The notes: generated from the letters alone by a model not told the origin. A stretch of 37,760 nucleotides of DNA from a virus (IMGVR_UViG_3300026302_000043:1-37760); one strand, 5' to 3'; shown: positions 7,280 to 16,419, numbered from the stretch's first letter. Made by a program: numbers and translations.

Positions 7280-9241
7280 GTGGCGGTGACTGACGGCCTC
7301 CGGCAATTGATCGGCGCATTTTCGGCCATTGGCGCAGACCTCATGCGGTCCAAGCGCGATGACGAGCGCAAAAGCCCGCACCCTGCGGACAAGGACGGCT
7401 GGGGCTATGGCTATTCCGATTGGGAGGGCTGGCCGGACCAGCGCATGCCGCCCGCCTGCCCGGTACAGGTACTGGGCAAGCAAGGCGATGTGCTGTGGAT
7501 GGTGGACAGCCTTGGCCAGCTGCAGGGCATTCCCGCGACCAAGCGCAAGCCCGAGGTGCTGTTTGATCTGTTCTCCGGGCATACCAACTACGTGTTTCAC
7601 CATTGGCCGCAGGTGAGCAAGGAAGGGCCTGTGTTCTCGAATATCGAGGCGCGGCAGGCGTGGAACTGCTTCAACAATGCGGCCTTCCGGCGCGGATTGT
7701 TCGACCCGATTGACAAGGTGCGCGGGCGCGGCGGCTGGGCGGCGGGCAATAACCGCGATCTGTTCGTGTGGCATGCCGGGGACGCGGTGTTTGTGGTGCA
7801 TGACGGGGAGCTGAAACAGCGTGACCCCGGCATGCTCGGCAAGGGCAGCGCGGGCAAGTTCTATGCCGCCGGACCCGGCATCATCCAGCCATGGGCTGAC
7901 CGTGTGCCGGTGGAGGACAGCCCTGGCCCTGCCGTTCTCAAGCACCTGTCCAGCTGGCGTTTTCAGCGGCAGGAGCTGGACCCGGTGCTGTTGCTGGGGG
8001 CGATTGGCTGCGCGTTCTATTCCGGCGCGCTGGAACAGCGCCCGTTCTCGATGATTGTCGGTGATCGCGGCGTCGGCAAATCCAGCCTGATCGGCATGGA
8101 GGGGCATGGTTTCATCAAGGGTCTGCTGGGCGATGTGATGCTGGACGCTGGCAACGCCTCGGAAGCGGGCATTGTGCAGATCCTTGGACAAGACAGCCGG
8201 GCGATTGCGCTCGATGAATTCGAGCAGAAGGCCGACGACAACAAGCGGGCGCAAAGCCTGATTGAGATGATCCGCCAGATGTATTCCGGCTCCCTTCGCG
8301 TGCGCGGCGGGCAGGATCACAAGGGGACCAAGTTCCGCCTGCAGTCTCCGGTTTTCGCGGCCGCGATCAACCCGCCCCAATTCGAGGCGCAGGATTATTC
8401 GCGCATGGCGATTTTCAACCTTGAGCGGTTCAAGCCCGGCACGGAACCGCCGGAATTCCCGCTTGATGCGCAGATTGCCGGACAGATGATGCTGCGCCGC
8501 CTGATGGATGGCTGGGAAGACTTCGGGCGGCACCTGAAAGACTGGCGCGGCACCTTCCGCCGGGCGGGGCTGGATGCGCGCTTTGGCGACACCTTCGGGA
8601 CGCTGCTGGCCTCGGCGCAAGTGCTGCTGGGTGATGACGGCATGGAGGACGCGGGCCTGCCGGTGACGGGCAGCGAGGAAACGCTTTCCGGCTGGATGAT
8701 GGAGCGAACCAGCTATGAACGCAGCCTGATTTCCGACAACTGGCGCAACTGCCTTGAACACCTGTTGGCGCAAACCATTGTGGCTTGGACCAATGGACAG
8801 AAGCCCACCGTTGGTTCGGTGCTGAAAGACTATGAGATTACGGACGGCGTCGGGATGGACATTGCCGCCGTGCGCGAGCGCTTCTCCTGCGCGGGCCTCG
8901 GCATCATTGATCTGGATGACGGGCGGGCGCGCAAGCTGCGCGAGGCGCTGTTCAAAGACCCGGCCTTTGCCGCGCGGCATCCGCCCAAATCCCGCTGCTA
9001 CCTGTTCGCGGTGCCGCACAAGGGGCCAAGCCTCAACGCGCTTTTCAGCGGCACGAAGTGGCGCGACGGCGCTTGGACCCGCACCCTGCGCCAAGCCCCG
9101 CCTGAGGTGGTGCTGAGCGGGCCGCATATCAATGAATACGTGCGGATCGGCCGCACGCTGGAGCGCTGCACGCTGATTGATCTGGCGGGTTACGACCTCG
9201 AAGCCAGCGCGGACAACATGGAGGACGTGATTGATGGGTGA
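7280..9241 (+). CDS. P-loop NTPase, probable replicative helicase
   Basis: Walker A GDRGVGKS, Walker B IALDEFE; downstream of the primase. Confidence 0.85.
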   Translation: MAVTDGLRQLIGAFSAIGADLMRSKRDDERKSPHPADKDGWGYGYSDWEGWPDQRMPPACPVQVLGKQGDVLWMVDSLGQLQGIPATKRKPEVLFDLFSGHTNYVFHHWPQVSKEGPVFSNIEARQAWNCFNNAAFRRGLFDPIDKVRGRGGWAAGNNRDLFVWHAGDAVFVVHDGELKQRDPGMLGKGSAGKFYAAGPGIIQPWADRVPVEDSPGPAVLKHLSSWRFQRQELDPVLLLGAIGCAFYSGALEQRPFSMIVGDRGVGKSSLIGMEGHGFIKGLLGDVMLDAGNASEAGIVQILGQDSRAIALDEFEQKADDNKRAQSLIEMIRQMYSGSLRVRGGQDHKGTKFRLQSPVFAAAINPPQFEAQDYSRMAIFNLERFKPGTEPPEFPLDAQIAGQMMLRRLMDGWEDFGRHLKDWRGTFRRAGLDARFGDTFGTLLASAQVLLGDDGMEDAGLPVTGSEETLSGWMMERTSYERSLISDNWRNCLEHLLAQTIVAWTNGQKPTVGSVLKDYEITDGVGMDIAAVRERFSCAGLGIIDLDDGRARKLREALFKDPAFAARHPPKSRCYLFAVPHKGPSLNALFSGTKWRDGAWTRTLRQAPPEVVLSGPHINEYVRIGRTLERCTLIDLAGYDLEASADNMEDVIDG

Positions 9242-9539
9242 GCTTTCCGCCGAAGAAAAGGCCGCGAATTACCGCGCCACGATGGATGCCGTCCCCCCCG
9301 AAGACCAGGCCGCAATTCACCGCGTGGCCGCGCTGCTGCGTAAGCGCGCCATGCGGATGGTGAAGCTGGCAGAGGGCCGCCGCTACACACGGAAAGTGCC
9401 GCATGAGCTTGGCGGCATTCGCCGCGTTCCCAACGCGGAGGGCGTCATTTTGCGCAGGAATGCCGAAAGGCTGTTGGAAGCGTCCAGATTGGTAGCTGGG
9501 CTAGTTTGGACCGAACAGGAGGACGAAAACAATGGATGA
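9234..9539 (+). CDS. Hypothetical protein
   Basis: GGAGG RBS; overlaps the helicase stop. Confidence 0.65.
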   Translation: MGELSAEEKAANYRATMDAVPPEDQAAIHRVAALLRKRAMRMVKLAEGRRYTRKVPHELGGIRRVPNAEGVILRRNAERLLEASRLVAGLVWTEQEDENNG

Positions 9540-9921
9540 ACACAGGAGACTGCAAACGAACCCCGCGCCCGGCGCAAGGCCGAAAAACCCGGCATGGGAT
9601 GGAAAGACGGAAATCGTCATTTCGCTGACCATGAACGGCGGCTTCATTGTGGAAACGCCGGAGTGCAGCGCCAAATATCCGACGCTGGCGAGCCGCCGGT
9701 TGGCCGCCTGCACCGATCTTGAGGCGCTGCGGCACTTCATGTTCCCCGGCCAATATCGGCCGAACGCTCTGCCCCTCGTGGGTAATATCCCGGCGGGCGA
9801 TCCTCCTCCGCCGTTCCCGCCCCGGCCCGGAACCGCGTTCGGTGACGCTTTCGCGCGCGCGACGCATGGCGCGGGGCAATTCCCGCCCTTCCCGAAGCAC
9901 AATGAAGATGATGGAGCCTGA
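9532..9921 (+). CDS. Hypothetical protein with Pro-rich C-terminus
   Basis: AGGAGG RBS; operon packing. Confidence 0.6.
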   Translation: MDEHRRLQTNPAPGARPKNPAWDGKTEIVISLTMNGGFIVETPECSAKYPTLASRRLAACTDLEALRHFMFPGQYRPNALPLVGNIPAGDPPPPFPPRPGTAFGDAFARATHGAGQFPPFPKHNEDDGA

Positions 9922-9924
9922 GCC

Positions 9925-10032
9925 ATGAAACACCTGATGAGCACCACGGCGCTTTCGCGCCCCATGTTTTGGACGCTGGTGATGGGCACTTACGCGCGCG
10001 AGCGGGCGAAGGAGCGGGAGTCGATGGCATGA
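9925..10032 (+). CDS. Small hypothetical protein (35 aa)
   Basis: MKHLMSTTALSRPMFWTLVMGTYARERAKERESMA; GGAG RBS; ATGA coupling to the next gene. Confidence 0.45.
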   Translation: MKHLMSTTALSRPMFWTLVMGTYARERAKERESMA

Positions 10033-10289
10033 CGTGCAAGCACGAATTCTCCTGCCGCGTCGGTATCGCGGTCTTCGAGGACAAGCCCGGAAACGGCTGC
10101 GCTGAAATATCGGGGCGATGTATCCATTGCGGCGTTCCGCTGGTCTTTCAGGGCCCGCGCGGCGTTGGAAATATCCCGATGGCATCGGCTGACCGCACTG
10201 AGTTGTGCGCTCCCGTCACATTTGGATATGAGCCGCGTTTCGTCCCCGGAATAGAATTCAGGATCATTGGCCCTGAGGTTGAGCCATGA
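10029..10289 (+). CDS. Hypothetical protein with Cys/His motifs
   Basis: MTCKHEF...CIHCG...; ATGA coupling at both ends. Confidence 0.65.
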   Translation: MTCKHEFSCRVGIAVFEDKPGNGCAEISGRCIHCGVPLVFQGPRGVGNIPMASADRTELCAPVTFGYEPRFVPGIEFRIIGPEVEP

Positions 10290-10373
10290 AAAAGCCCAAG
10301 CCTGTCATTGATCCGGTGGAATGGGGGAAGGCTTCCGCCGCGTCGGGCGTGGTGTCTGGGAAGGAGCGGCAGC

Positions 10374-10574
10374 ATGACCCGGCCAGATCCGACCCTTGAG
10401 CGCCTGAGTGCTGCGGCGAAAGCCTATGGGGATCTGAAGCTGGCGCGAGAGCGGAGCACGCTGCGCGTCAACGAACCAGCGTTCCAGGCCGAGGTAAAGG
10501 CCGTGCGAGATGCAGAATACGAACTGCTCTCGGCAGCCCGCGCCCACGCGACGCGATGGAGGAAGCGGAAATGA
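10374..10574 (+). CDS. Hypothetical protein
   Basis: MTRPDPTLERL...; AAGGAG RBS; ATGA coupling downstream. Confidence 0.6.
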   Translation: MTRPDPTLERLSAAAKAYGDLKLARERSTLRVNEPAFQAEVKAVRDAEYELLSAARAHATRWRKRK

Positions 10575-10756
10575 AGCGCCTGATCTGCGCCCTGTTCGGC
10601 CACGTCCCGCGAATCCAGTGGTGGTACGGCTCCAAGCAGCCCCAGCACACGAAGACCAACGGCTATCGCGCCAGAAAGAGCGGCGGCGCGTCCTGCGTAT
10701 GCGCCCGCTGCGGCACCGAAATCGCCCCTTACTCTGACCAGCCGAGGCACAAATGA
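10571..10756 (+). CDS. Small Zn-binding prophage protein (DUF1660-like)
   Basis: MKRLICALFGH...CARCG pattern. Confidence 0.65.
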   Translation: MKRLICALFGHVPRIQWWYGSKQPQHTKTNGYRARKSGGASCVCARCGTEIAPYSDQPRHK

Positions 10757-10849
10757 GCACCGAGAAATTGAACCCCGACGAGACTGAGTTGATGGCGGTG
10801 AAAGCCATCGCCAGCGCTTGCCTCGCTCAGAATGCATCGGGAGAGCGCC

Positions 10850-11647
10850 ATGACTAACCCCCTCACAGAAGAAGAACTGGCCCGGCTGGAAGGGCTGCAC
10901 GCGAAGGCGACGCCGGGGGAGTGGGAAGCCGATAGCGAGAAGTCGGACGGCTGCTACGGCAGCGGCGAAGACTGCCATGAAGGTTACCTTAGTTTCTACG
11001 TGTGCGCCCCTTCTGGCGAGAAGATTTGCGACGCGCTCAACTCAGATGTCGGATGTGTCCACGAAGAGTTTGACGAGGACGGCTGTTGCTACGCTTGGGA
11101 TGATGTCGCCAAGCACAATATGGCTTTCATCATCGCCGCTAAGAACGCCTTCCCCCGCCTTATCGCCGCGATCCGCGCCGACCGGGTGAGGGCGGATAAG
11201 GCAGAGGACATGGTCGGTGCGGCATATCAGTTCGCAGGCAACGTGCTCGATTACGCGGGGCTTTTCGAGCATGACGAGGGACAGCGCGCACTTGATTACT
11301 TCTGCGGCAACGTGGAGGACGCCGACTTTCGCTGGCCAGCTGCTGACCTCCCGCCGAACATGGCAACTGTGGTGGCCCGCGCAGAGGCCGCAGAGGCCGA
11401 AGTGGCGAGGTTGAGGGAGATAGCCGACGCCGTTGCCTATTTTGGGAAGCACTGCAATTGGGCGCTTGGTTTCGACCTTCCAACTTACGGCGACGATGAC
11501 AATCAAGAGATGCTTTGGCTTGTCACCGAAGAAAAAGGACCAATCAACGACAGAGAGTGGAGCACGGTTGCATCTGGTGCAACGCCTGTCGCTGCTCTCG
11601 TTCGTGCCCACCGCGCCCGCAAAGCCCTTGGAGGTTCCAATGAGTGA
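10850..11647 (+). CDS. Ead/Ea22-like mosaic accessory protein
   Basis: LHAKATPGEW...NMAFIIAAKNAFPRLIAAIR and RAEAAEAEVARLRE segments typical of the family. Confidence 0.7.
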   Translation: MTNPLTEEELARLEGLHAKATPGEWEADSEKSDGCYGSGEDCHEGYLSFYVCAPSGEKICDALNSDVGCVHEEFDEDGCCYAWDDVAKHNMAFIIAAKNAFPRLIAAIRADRVRADKAEDMVGAAYQFAGNVLDYAGLFEHDEGQRALDYFCGNVEDADFRWPAADLPPNMATVVARAEAAEAEVARLREIADAVAYFGKHCNWALGFDLPTYGDDDNQEMLWLVTEEKGPINDREWSTVASGATPVAALVRAHRARKALGGSNE

Positions 11648-11882
11648 TGCAGCGAACGCCCTGCGCCAGCACTGGCATGACTTCTGTGATGGCGACCGCG
11701 CCGACATTCCAGACGGCTTTGAAGACCGAATGATTGATGCGGGCCTAGTGGATTTCCGCGAAGTCGAACAGCGCGACATCGACGCTGATCCCTTTGCCCA
11801 TGAGCGCGGAATTGAGCCTGGCGGGATGATTTACGTGCTCACCGCTGCGGGATGCGCTGCCCTTGGAGGCGACAATGCGTGA
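11640..11882 (+). CDS. Hypothetical protein
   Basis: MSDAANALRQ...YVLTAAGCAAL; GGAGG RBS. Confidence 0.65.
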   Translation: MSDAANALRQHWHDFCDGDRADIPDGFEDRMIDAGLVDFREVEQRDIDADPFAHERGIEPGGMIYVLTAAGCAALGGDNA

Positions 11883-12132
11883 CCTACTGCGCCAGCTAGA
11901 GGACGCCGAGGCTCATGTTGCGCGACTGCGCACGGCGATTTCTGGTTCAACCTGCGCCGAGCTTGGCAAGCACGATTGGAAGCACATCGGCGGCAGGAAC
12001 GCCGGGTGCAGCGAGGAATGCAACTGTTCGGTCCCCGTTCACCAATGCGTTCGCTGCGGAGACTTCGATTATGGCGACAACCCCGAGGCGATGGACAAGA
12101 TTGCCCAATGCAAAGCGGAGGTGCAGCCATGA
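11875..12132 (+). CDS. Cys-rich hypothetical protein
   Basis: CAELGKHDW...CSEECNCSVPVHQCVRCG; GGAGG RBS. Confidence 0.7.
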   Translation: MRDLLRQLEDAEAHVARLRTAISGSTCAELGKHDWKHIGGRNAGCSEECNCSVPVHQCVRCGDFDYGDNPEAMDKIAQCKAEVQP

Positions 12133-12175
12133 CTGACACGAGCAAAGAGGGAATTGCCGAAGCCGTCCCCTTTCT

Positions 12176-12433
12176 TTAGCTGTGCTTCCTCGCGCGGGCA
12201 ATGAGCCAAGAGCGATAGCCGGGGACGCCTTCCACGGCATCCCGAATGGTATCGAGCCACGGCGGGGGGTGGCGTTCCGGCTCGCCAGTGGCAAGCCGGG
12301 TTTCCCAGCGGCGGGCCGTGCGATCTGCATCCTTGCCCGCCATGCCAATGGCGCGCGTGAACTGCGCCAAGGACAGCCCCAAGCTTTCGCGGAACTCCTG
12401 CAGTTCTTCCGGGGACATGGTGCCTCGCATCAT
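12176..12433 (-). CDS. XRE-family HTH protein
   Basis: MSPEELQEFRESLGLSLAQFTRAIG...RTARRWE; GGGAG RBS. Confidence 0.75.
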   Translation of the reverse strand: MMRGTMSPEELQEFRESLGLSLAQFTRAIGMAGKDADRTARRWETRLATGEPERHPPPWLDTIRDAVEGVPGYRSWLIARARKHS

Positions 12434-12503
12434 GGTTCAACTCCCTTCGTGTTTGCATCGACCGGCGGCGCGCGGCAAGGGGGCATTGCTGCCCCCTGCC
12501 CGA

Positions 12504-12602
12504 TCAACCCCGGCTGGGTTTGGTGTGGAGCTGCGCGAGAAGCGCAAGCACAAGGCAGGCGGCGGCGACAACCGGGCCGTAGGTGACAAGGGTTTCGGCC
12601 AT
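12504..12602 (-). CDS. Small hydrophobic peptide (32 aa)
   Basis: MAETLVTYGPVVAAACLVLALLAQLHTKPSRG after GGGAGG RBS. Confidence 0.5.
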   Translation of the reverse strand: MAETLVTYGPVVAAACLVLALLAQLHTKPSRG

Positions 12603-12605
12603 GGA

Positions 12606-12737
12606 TCAGCCCTCCCCTGTTGCGGCGCAAAGCCAAGGCGTGGTGCAGCCGATCAGCTGCCATGATCCATCGCCACAATCGACCCAGATCGGGCGGGAAA
12701 TGCCGTGAGGCGTTTTGAAGGCGGGCCCGTAAAGCAT
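12606..12737 (-). CDS. Small hypothetical protein (43 aa)
   Basis: MLYGPAFKTPHGISRPIWVDCGDGSWQLIGCTTPWLCAATGEG after GGGAGG RBS. Confidence 0.5.
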   Translation of the reverse strand: MLYGPAFKTPHGISRPIWVDCGDGSWQLIGCTTPWLCAATGEG

Positions 12738-12740
12738 GGA

Positions 12741-12887
12741 TCAGCCCTCCCTGCGTGCTTTTTCGATGGCAGCGCGAGCAGTGGCCTTGGCATTCGCAAC
12801 CATGTGCTGCAAAGCCAAACCGTCCCCATTGGGGTCTGCGGAGAGAAGACCGTACACCCGTTCCAGCGCTTCCAGAAGATCAGGCGC
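12741..12887 (-). pseudogene. 3' remnant of an 'AAPDLLEAL' phage gene
   Basis: APDLLEALERVY...ARAAIEKARREG*, with an in-frame TGA just upstream and no start codon. Confidence 0.55.
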
Positions 12888-13173
12888 GCCGCATCATCAA
12901 CCCGGCCCGGATAACCCGAACCCTTGGGGCGGGCGGGAAATCGCCGGGTCAATTTCTGCCAATCTGTCAGTAAGCGCGCGCTAATGCATGGGGATGATGT
13001 GCGCACAAAAGTTGCCGCGCTCGCGCCCAGACCCGAACCCGCAAGGCTTGCGGCATCGTTCCGGCCTGATCCCGCGCCCTTTGCCGAAAAACCTTCATTC
13101 CGTCGCGGGTAACGCGCGGTTTCCTCCGGGATGAATAGGGGCGGGATTGGCGCGCCTGCCTTCCGGGTCTGGG

Positions 13174-13406
13174 TTGGTTAGATGGTTGCCCGATGGTTAG
13201 GCGCGCTACAACCAAATTAATCAGGGAAATTCAATGACTTAGCTTTGTTGGTTGTGTGGTTATTCACGCGCGCGCGCTAATGTGCATATGCGCGCATGAT
13301 GGGGATGGAAAATAGCCTAACCACACAACTATATGAGTTAAGTTATTGTTATTGCTCGTTTTATTTGGTTACGAAATGGTTATGAGCGCCTAACCACGCT
13401 AACCAA
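13174..13406. other. AT-rich nested inverted repeat, candidate replication origin
   Basis: Pairs TTGGTTAG/CTAACCAA, TGGTTAGGCGC/GCGCCTAACCA and GTTGTGTGGTTA/TAACCACACAAC; many TGGTT/AACCA units. Confidence 0.55.
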
Positions 13407-13441
13407 TGGCGTGAAAACGCGCAAAGTGAGGGGGTTTTCCG

Positions 13442-14062
13442 GTGTCCAAGGGCGTGAAGGGCGTTCTCGATGAGCGCGAGGCCGCTAAATCAGGGGTGAC
13501 GACTGTCACACACACCGCCGCGCCCGATCTGTTCGACGGCGAGGCGGGGCCGCTGTTCAAGGCGCGGCCCATGGGCGGGCGCGCGGGCCGACCGAACCGT
13601 CGAACAGCCGAAATGGCGAGCTTCATCCAGCGCACCATGGGCGATCCGCTGCATGAGCTGGCGCGGCTGGCGATGTGCGATCCGCTGGAATTGGTGCGGG
13701 AAATGAACGCGGCGCAAGCGGAAGCGGGTGGATTGGTGGCAAAAAACGGCTCAACGCCTCCGGCCATGACGATCAATGAAGCGCTCTACTTCAAGAAGCA
13801 GTGCCTTGAGGCGATTTTGCCCTATGTCCACGCGCGCCGGGCGCAGGAAAACGAGCAAGGCGAGGCCGTCAAGCCGGAAATCGTGGTCAATCTGGGCGGG
13901 CTGGACCCTGCCGCGCTCAAGATCGCGCCGGGCGGGCTGGACGCGGGCGGCTTCATGGACCTGTCGCGCGTGGTGGCGGATGGTCAAGAGCGCTACGCGC
14001 TGTCATCGGAAGCCAAAAAGGCCGAACAAATCCCCGATGGTGCAAGCGATGACAGCGAATAA
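13442..14062 (+). CDS. Probable terminase small subunit
   Basis: GGRAGRPNRRT and AILPYVHAR motifs; upstream of the large subunit. Confidence 0.7.
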   Translation: MSKGVKGVLDEREAAKSGVTTVTHTAAPDLFDGEAGPLFKARPMGGRAGRPNRRTAEMASFIQRTMGDPLHELARLAMCDPLELVREMNAAQAEAGGLVAKNGSTPPAMTINEALYFKKQCLEAILPYVHARRAQENEQGEAVKPEIVVNLGGLDPAALKIAPGGLDAGGFMDLSRVVADGQERYALSSEAKKAEQIPDGASDDSE

Positions 14063-14374
14063 TACAACAATTGCAGCACCTTGGTGCAACCTCGCATGCA
14101 GCACAAACAGCATGATGCGAGGATTTTCGTACCGTCCTGCCGGCCATGCCAGCGCCCGCGCGTACCGTTTGGCCGCCCCCCCTCCCCCCCCTTCGATTGC
14201 CCCAGCGCCTCCGCGCGCGAGGGGGCCAAAACCTGAATTTGCCCCTCCCCTCTCGGGGCATACCGCCTCACTCTGAGACGGGTTTTCAAAAAATCGCGAA
14301 TTTTTTGCCGCGCTTGGGGTGGGGGCCGGGGGGAAGCCCCCTTGAAGCTGGGTTCGGGTCTGGGAGCAAGCACA

Positions 14375-15946
14375 ATGAGCGCATTTGATGGAACGGACCC
14401 GCTTGGCGCGCCTGATTTCGAGGATTGGGGGCAGGCTACGGTTTACGAGCCGCACAAGCTGAACTTCCGGACGCCAAAACCGATCGCTCAAGCCTTCATG
14501 CTGTCCGAAGGGCCATGTGATCTGCTGATGGGGCCGGAAGGTTCGGGCAAGACCACGGCCAGCATGCAGACGGCGCTGATCCAGACCCTTCGGTTCCCGA
14601 TCTGCAATGACGGCATCATTCGCGCGCATGGGTGCATCCTGCGCAACAGCTACCGCGACCTTTACAAAAACACGCTGCCCAGCTGGTTTTCAGTCTTCCC
14701 GCGCGATTTCCCCGGCGCGAAATTCGAGGGCGGGCAGGATCGCCCTGGGCGATACACGGCGAGGTTCTTCGTCGGCTCGGTCGGCGTTGAAATGGTGGTC
14801 GATTTCTTCGGCCTTGGCGATATCTCGATTGAACAGATGCTGCGCGGCTATCAGCCCAGCTGGGGCTGTCTCGATGAGGCTGATCTGTTTGAAAAGAAGG
14901 TTCCGACCTTCCTGTTCGGTCGAACGGGCCGCTACCCCGGCGGGCAGTTCCTGACACCGGAGCTTTCCCGGCGCATGGAGGCTGGGGAACAGGTTTTCCC
15001 GCGCCGCGTGTGGGGGTCACTCAACCCGCCAGACGTGGACCATTGGGTTGCGGAAGAGTGCATTGAGAAGAAAAACCCGTTCTTCAAGCTCTTTCGCCAG
15101 CCCTCCGGCCTCGCGCCCAATGCAGAGTATTTCCCGCCGGTCACGCGGGCGAAATACGAGACGGATGCGCGCGTGCGCCCGCCGCATGAGGTGCGCCGCT
15201 TTGTCCATGGCGAGTTTGGCCCCTCCCGAGAGGGCGAAATCGTCTATCCTGAGTTCAATGACCTTGTGCATGTCGCCAAGGAACCTCCTGTCTATGACCC
15301 CGGATTGCCGGTTTACCTCGGCGCGGACCAAGGCGGGCACCCGGCGGCGGTCATTGTGCAGCCGACCGAAAGCGGGCAGGTGCGCGTGCTGGCTGAGGTT
15401 GTCCCGGAAAAGGAGGGGGTGACGCATATTTCGACCTTCATCGAGCTGTTCCGGTCAACGCTCGAAATCGTCTGCCCGCGCGCCAATATCGGGGGTGCGT
15501 GGGGCGACCCTGCGGGCTGGTATGGTGCGGATCGCTCCATGGGTGAGCTGGCTTGGATGGAGGCGCTTTCGCTCGCGCTCAATGTCCAGTTCCGCCCCGC
15601 GCCGACGAATGAAATCGGCATCCGGCTTGACGCGGTGCGCGGTCTTCTCGTGCGCTCCATTGACGCCAATACGCCCATGTTCCTGCTGTCGCCCCGATGC
15701 AAAATCCTGCGCAAGGGGTTTATATCCCATTACGTCAACAAGAAGGTGAAATCCGGCTCTACAGAAGTCATTAAGCCCTTCAAAAACAAGTTCGCAGATC
15801 CTCAAGACGCGCTGCAATATGCGGTTATGGGGATGCGCGGTCGCGCTCTGATTATCGAGGATGCCGCCAATATCGGCACCGCGCGCAAGCGCCGCGAGCG
15901 CGAAAGCACGACTTCCGTGCTCAAGTCTGATTTCAGCGTGATCTGA
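14375..15946 (+). CDS. terL: Terminase large subunit
   Basis: Walker A GPEGSGKT, Walker B LDEAD, SLNPP, nuclease GADQG...DPQDALQY. Confidence 0.92.
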   Translation: MSAFDGTDPLGAPDFEDWGQATVYEPHKLNFRTPKPIAQAFMLSEGPCDLLMGPEGSGKTTASMQTALIQTLRFPICNDGIIRAHGCILRNSYRDLYKNTLPSWFSVFPRDFPGAKFEGGQDRPGRYTARFFVGSVGVEMVVDFFGLGDISIEQMLRGYQPSWGCLDEADLFEKKVPTFLFGRTGRYPGGQFLTPELSRRMEAGEQVFPRRVWGSLNPPDVDHWVAEECIEKKNPFFKLFRQPSGLAPNAEYFPPVTRAKYETDARVRPPHEVRRFVHGEFGPSREGEIVYPEFNDLVHVAKEPPVYDPGLPVYLGADQGGHPAAVIVQPTESGQVRVLAEVVPEKEGVTHISTFIELFRSTLEIVCPRANIGGAWGDPAGWYGADRSMGELAWMEALSLALNVQFRPAPTNEIGIRLDAVRGLLVRSIDANTPMFLLSPRCKILRKGFISHYVNKKVKSGSTEVIKPFKNKFADPQDALQYAVMGMRGRALIIEDAANIGTARKRRERESTTSVLKSDFSVI

Positions 15947-16419
15947 TGCAGGTGCGCGCCGCAACGCTGGCTGATGTGCTTTCGCTTTCCGGCTCGATGC
16001 CGTGGGCGCAGGCGCGCGCAATCTCGTTGCAATGCTACCGCTCTGAAATGGCGGCCGTGGTGGATGCGGGTGGCTTGGCAACCGTGATCGGCTTCTATCC
16101 GCTGGGCCTGACGCCAGAGGGTGAACAGGCTTTCGAGTTATGGACGGTATCGCGCAAAAGCCTGTCCATGGCTGCGGTGCGCTTCATCGTGCGCTTGGCG
16201 CGGGTAACGATGCAGCGGCTCGCCCATGCTTGCCCCGTCGCCGTTGTGTCTTCCACACGCGCGGGCTGGATGCCGGGCCGCAAACTCCATGCGCTGATCG
16301 GCATGCATCCTGTCGGGAACCACGACGCGGGAACAGAGGTGTTCCTTTGGAGGTCGCGGGATGGGCAAGTTTGTCAAGCAGCTGATGGGGAAGATAACGG
16401 GCGCGCCGTCTGCCCGTAA
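15946..16419 (+). CDS. GNAT-fold-like hypothetical protein
   Basis: VRAATLAD start and GRKLHALIGM segment resemble a GNAT fold; TGATG coupling. Confidence 0.5.
   Translation: MQVRAATLADVLSLSGSMPWAQARAISLQCYRSEMAAVVDAGGLATVIGFYPLGLTPEGEQAFELWTVSRKSLSMAAVRFIVRLARVTMQRLAHACPVAVVSSTRAGWMPGRKLHALIGMHPVGNHDAGTEVFLWRSRDGQVCQAADGEDNGRAVCP
16197..16230 (+). promoter_or_regulatory. Candidate late promoter GGCGCGGGTAACG-N15-CATGCT
   Basis: Same 13-mer and spacing as 19871 and 32680; upstream of the portal block. Confidence 0.55.

Noticed and set aside
7103..9127. Long antisense ORFs (also 18042..19904 and 30700..32661)
   Set aside because: Shadows of well-supported + strand genes in GC-rich DNA; no motifs or RBS
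13174..13406. CRISPR array
   Set aside because: Repeats are short and inverted, lack regular spacers, and no cas genes are present
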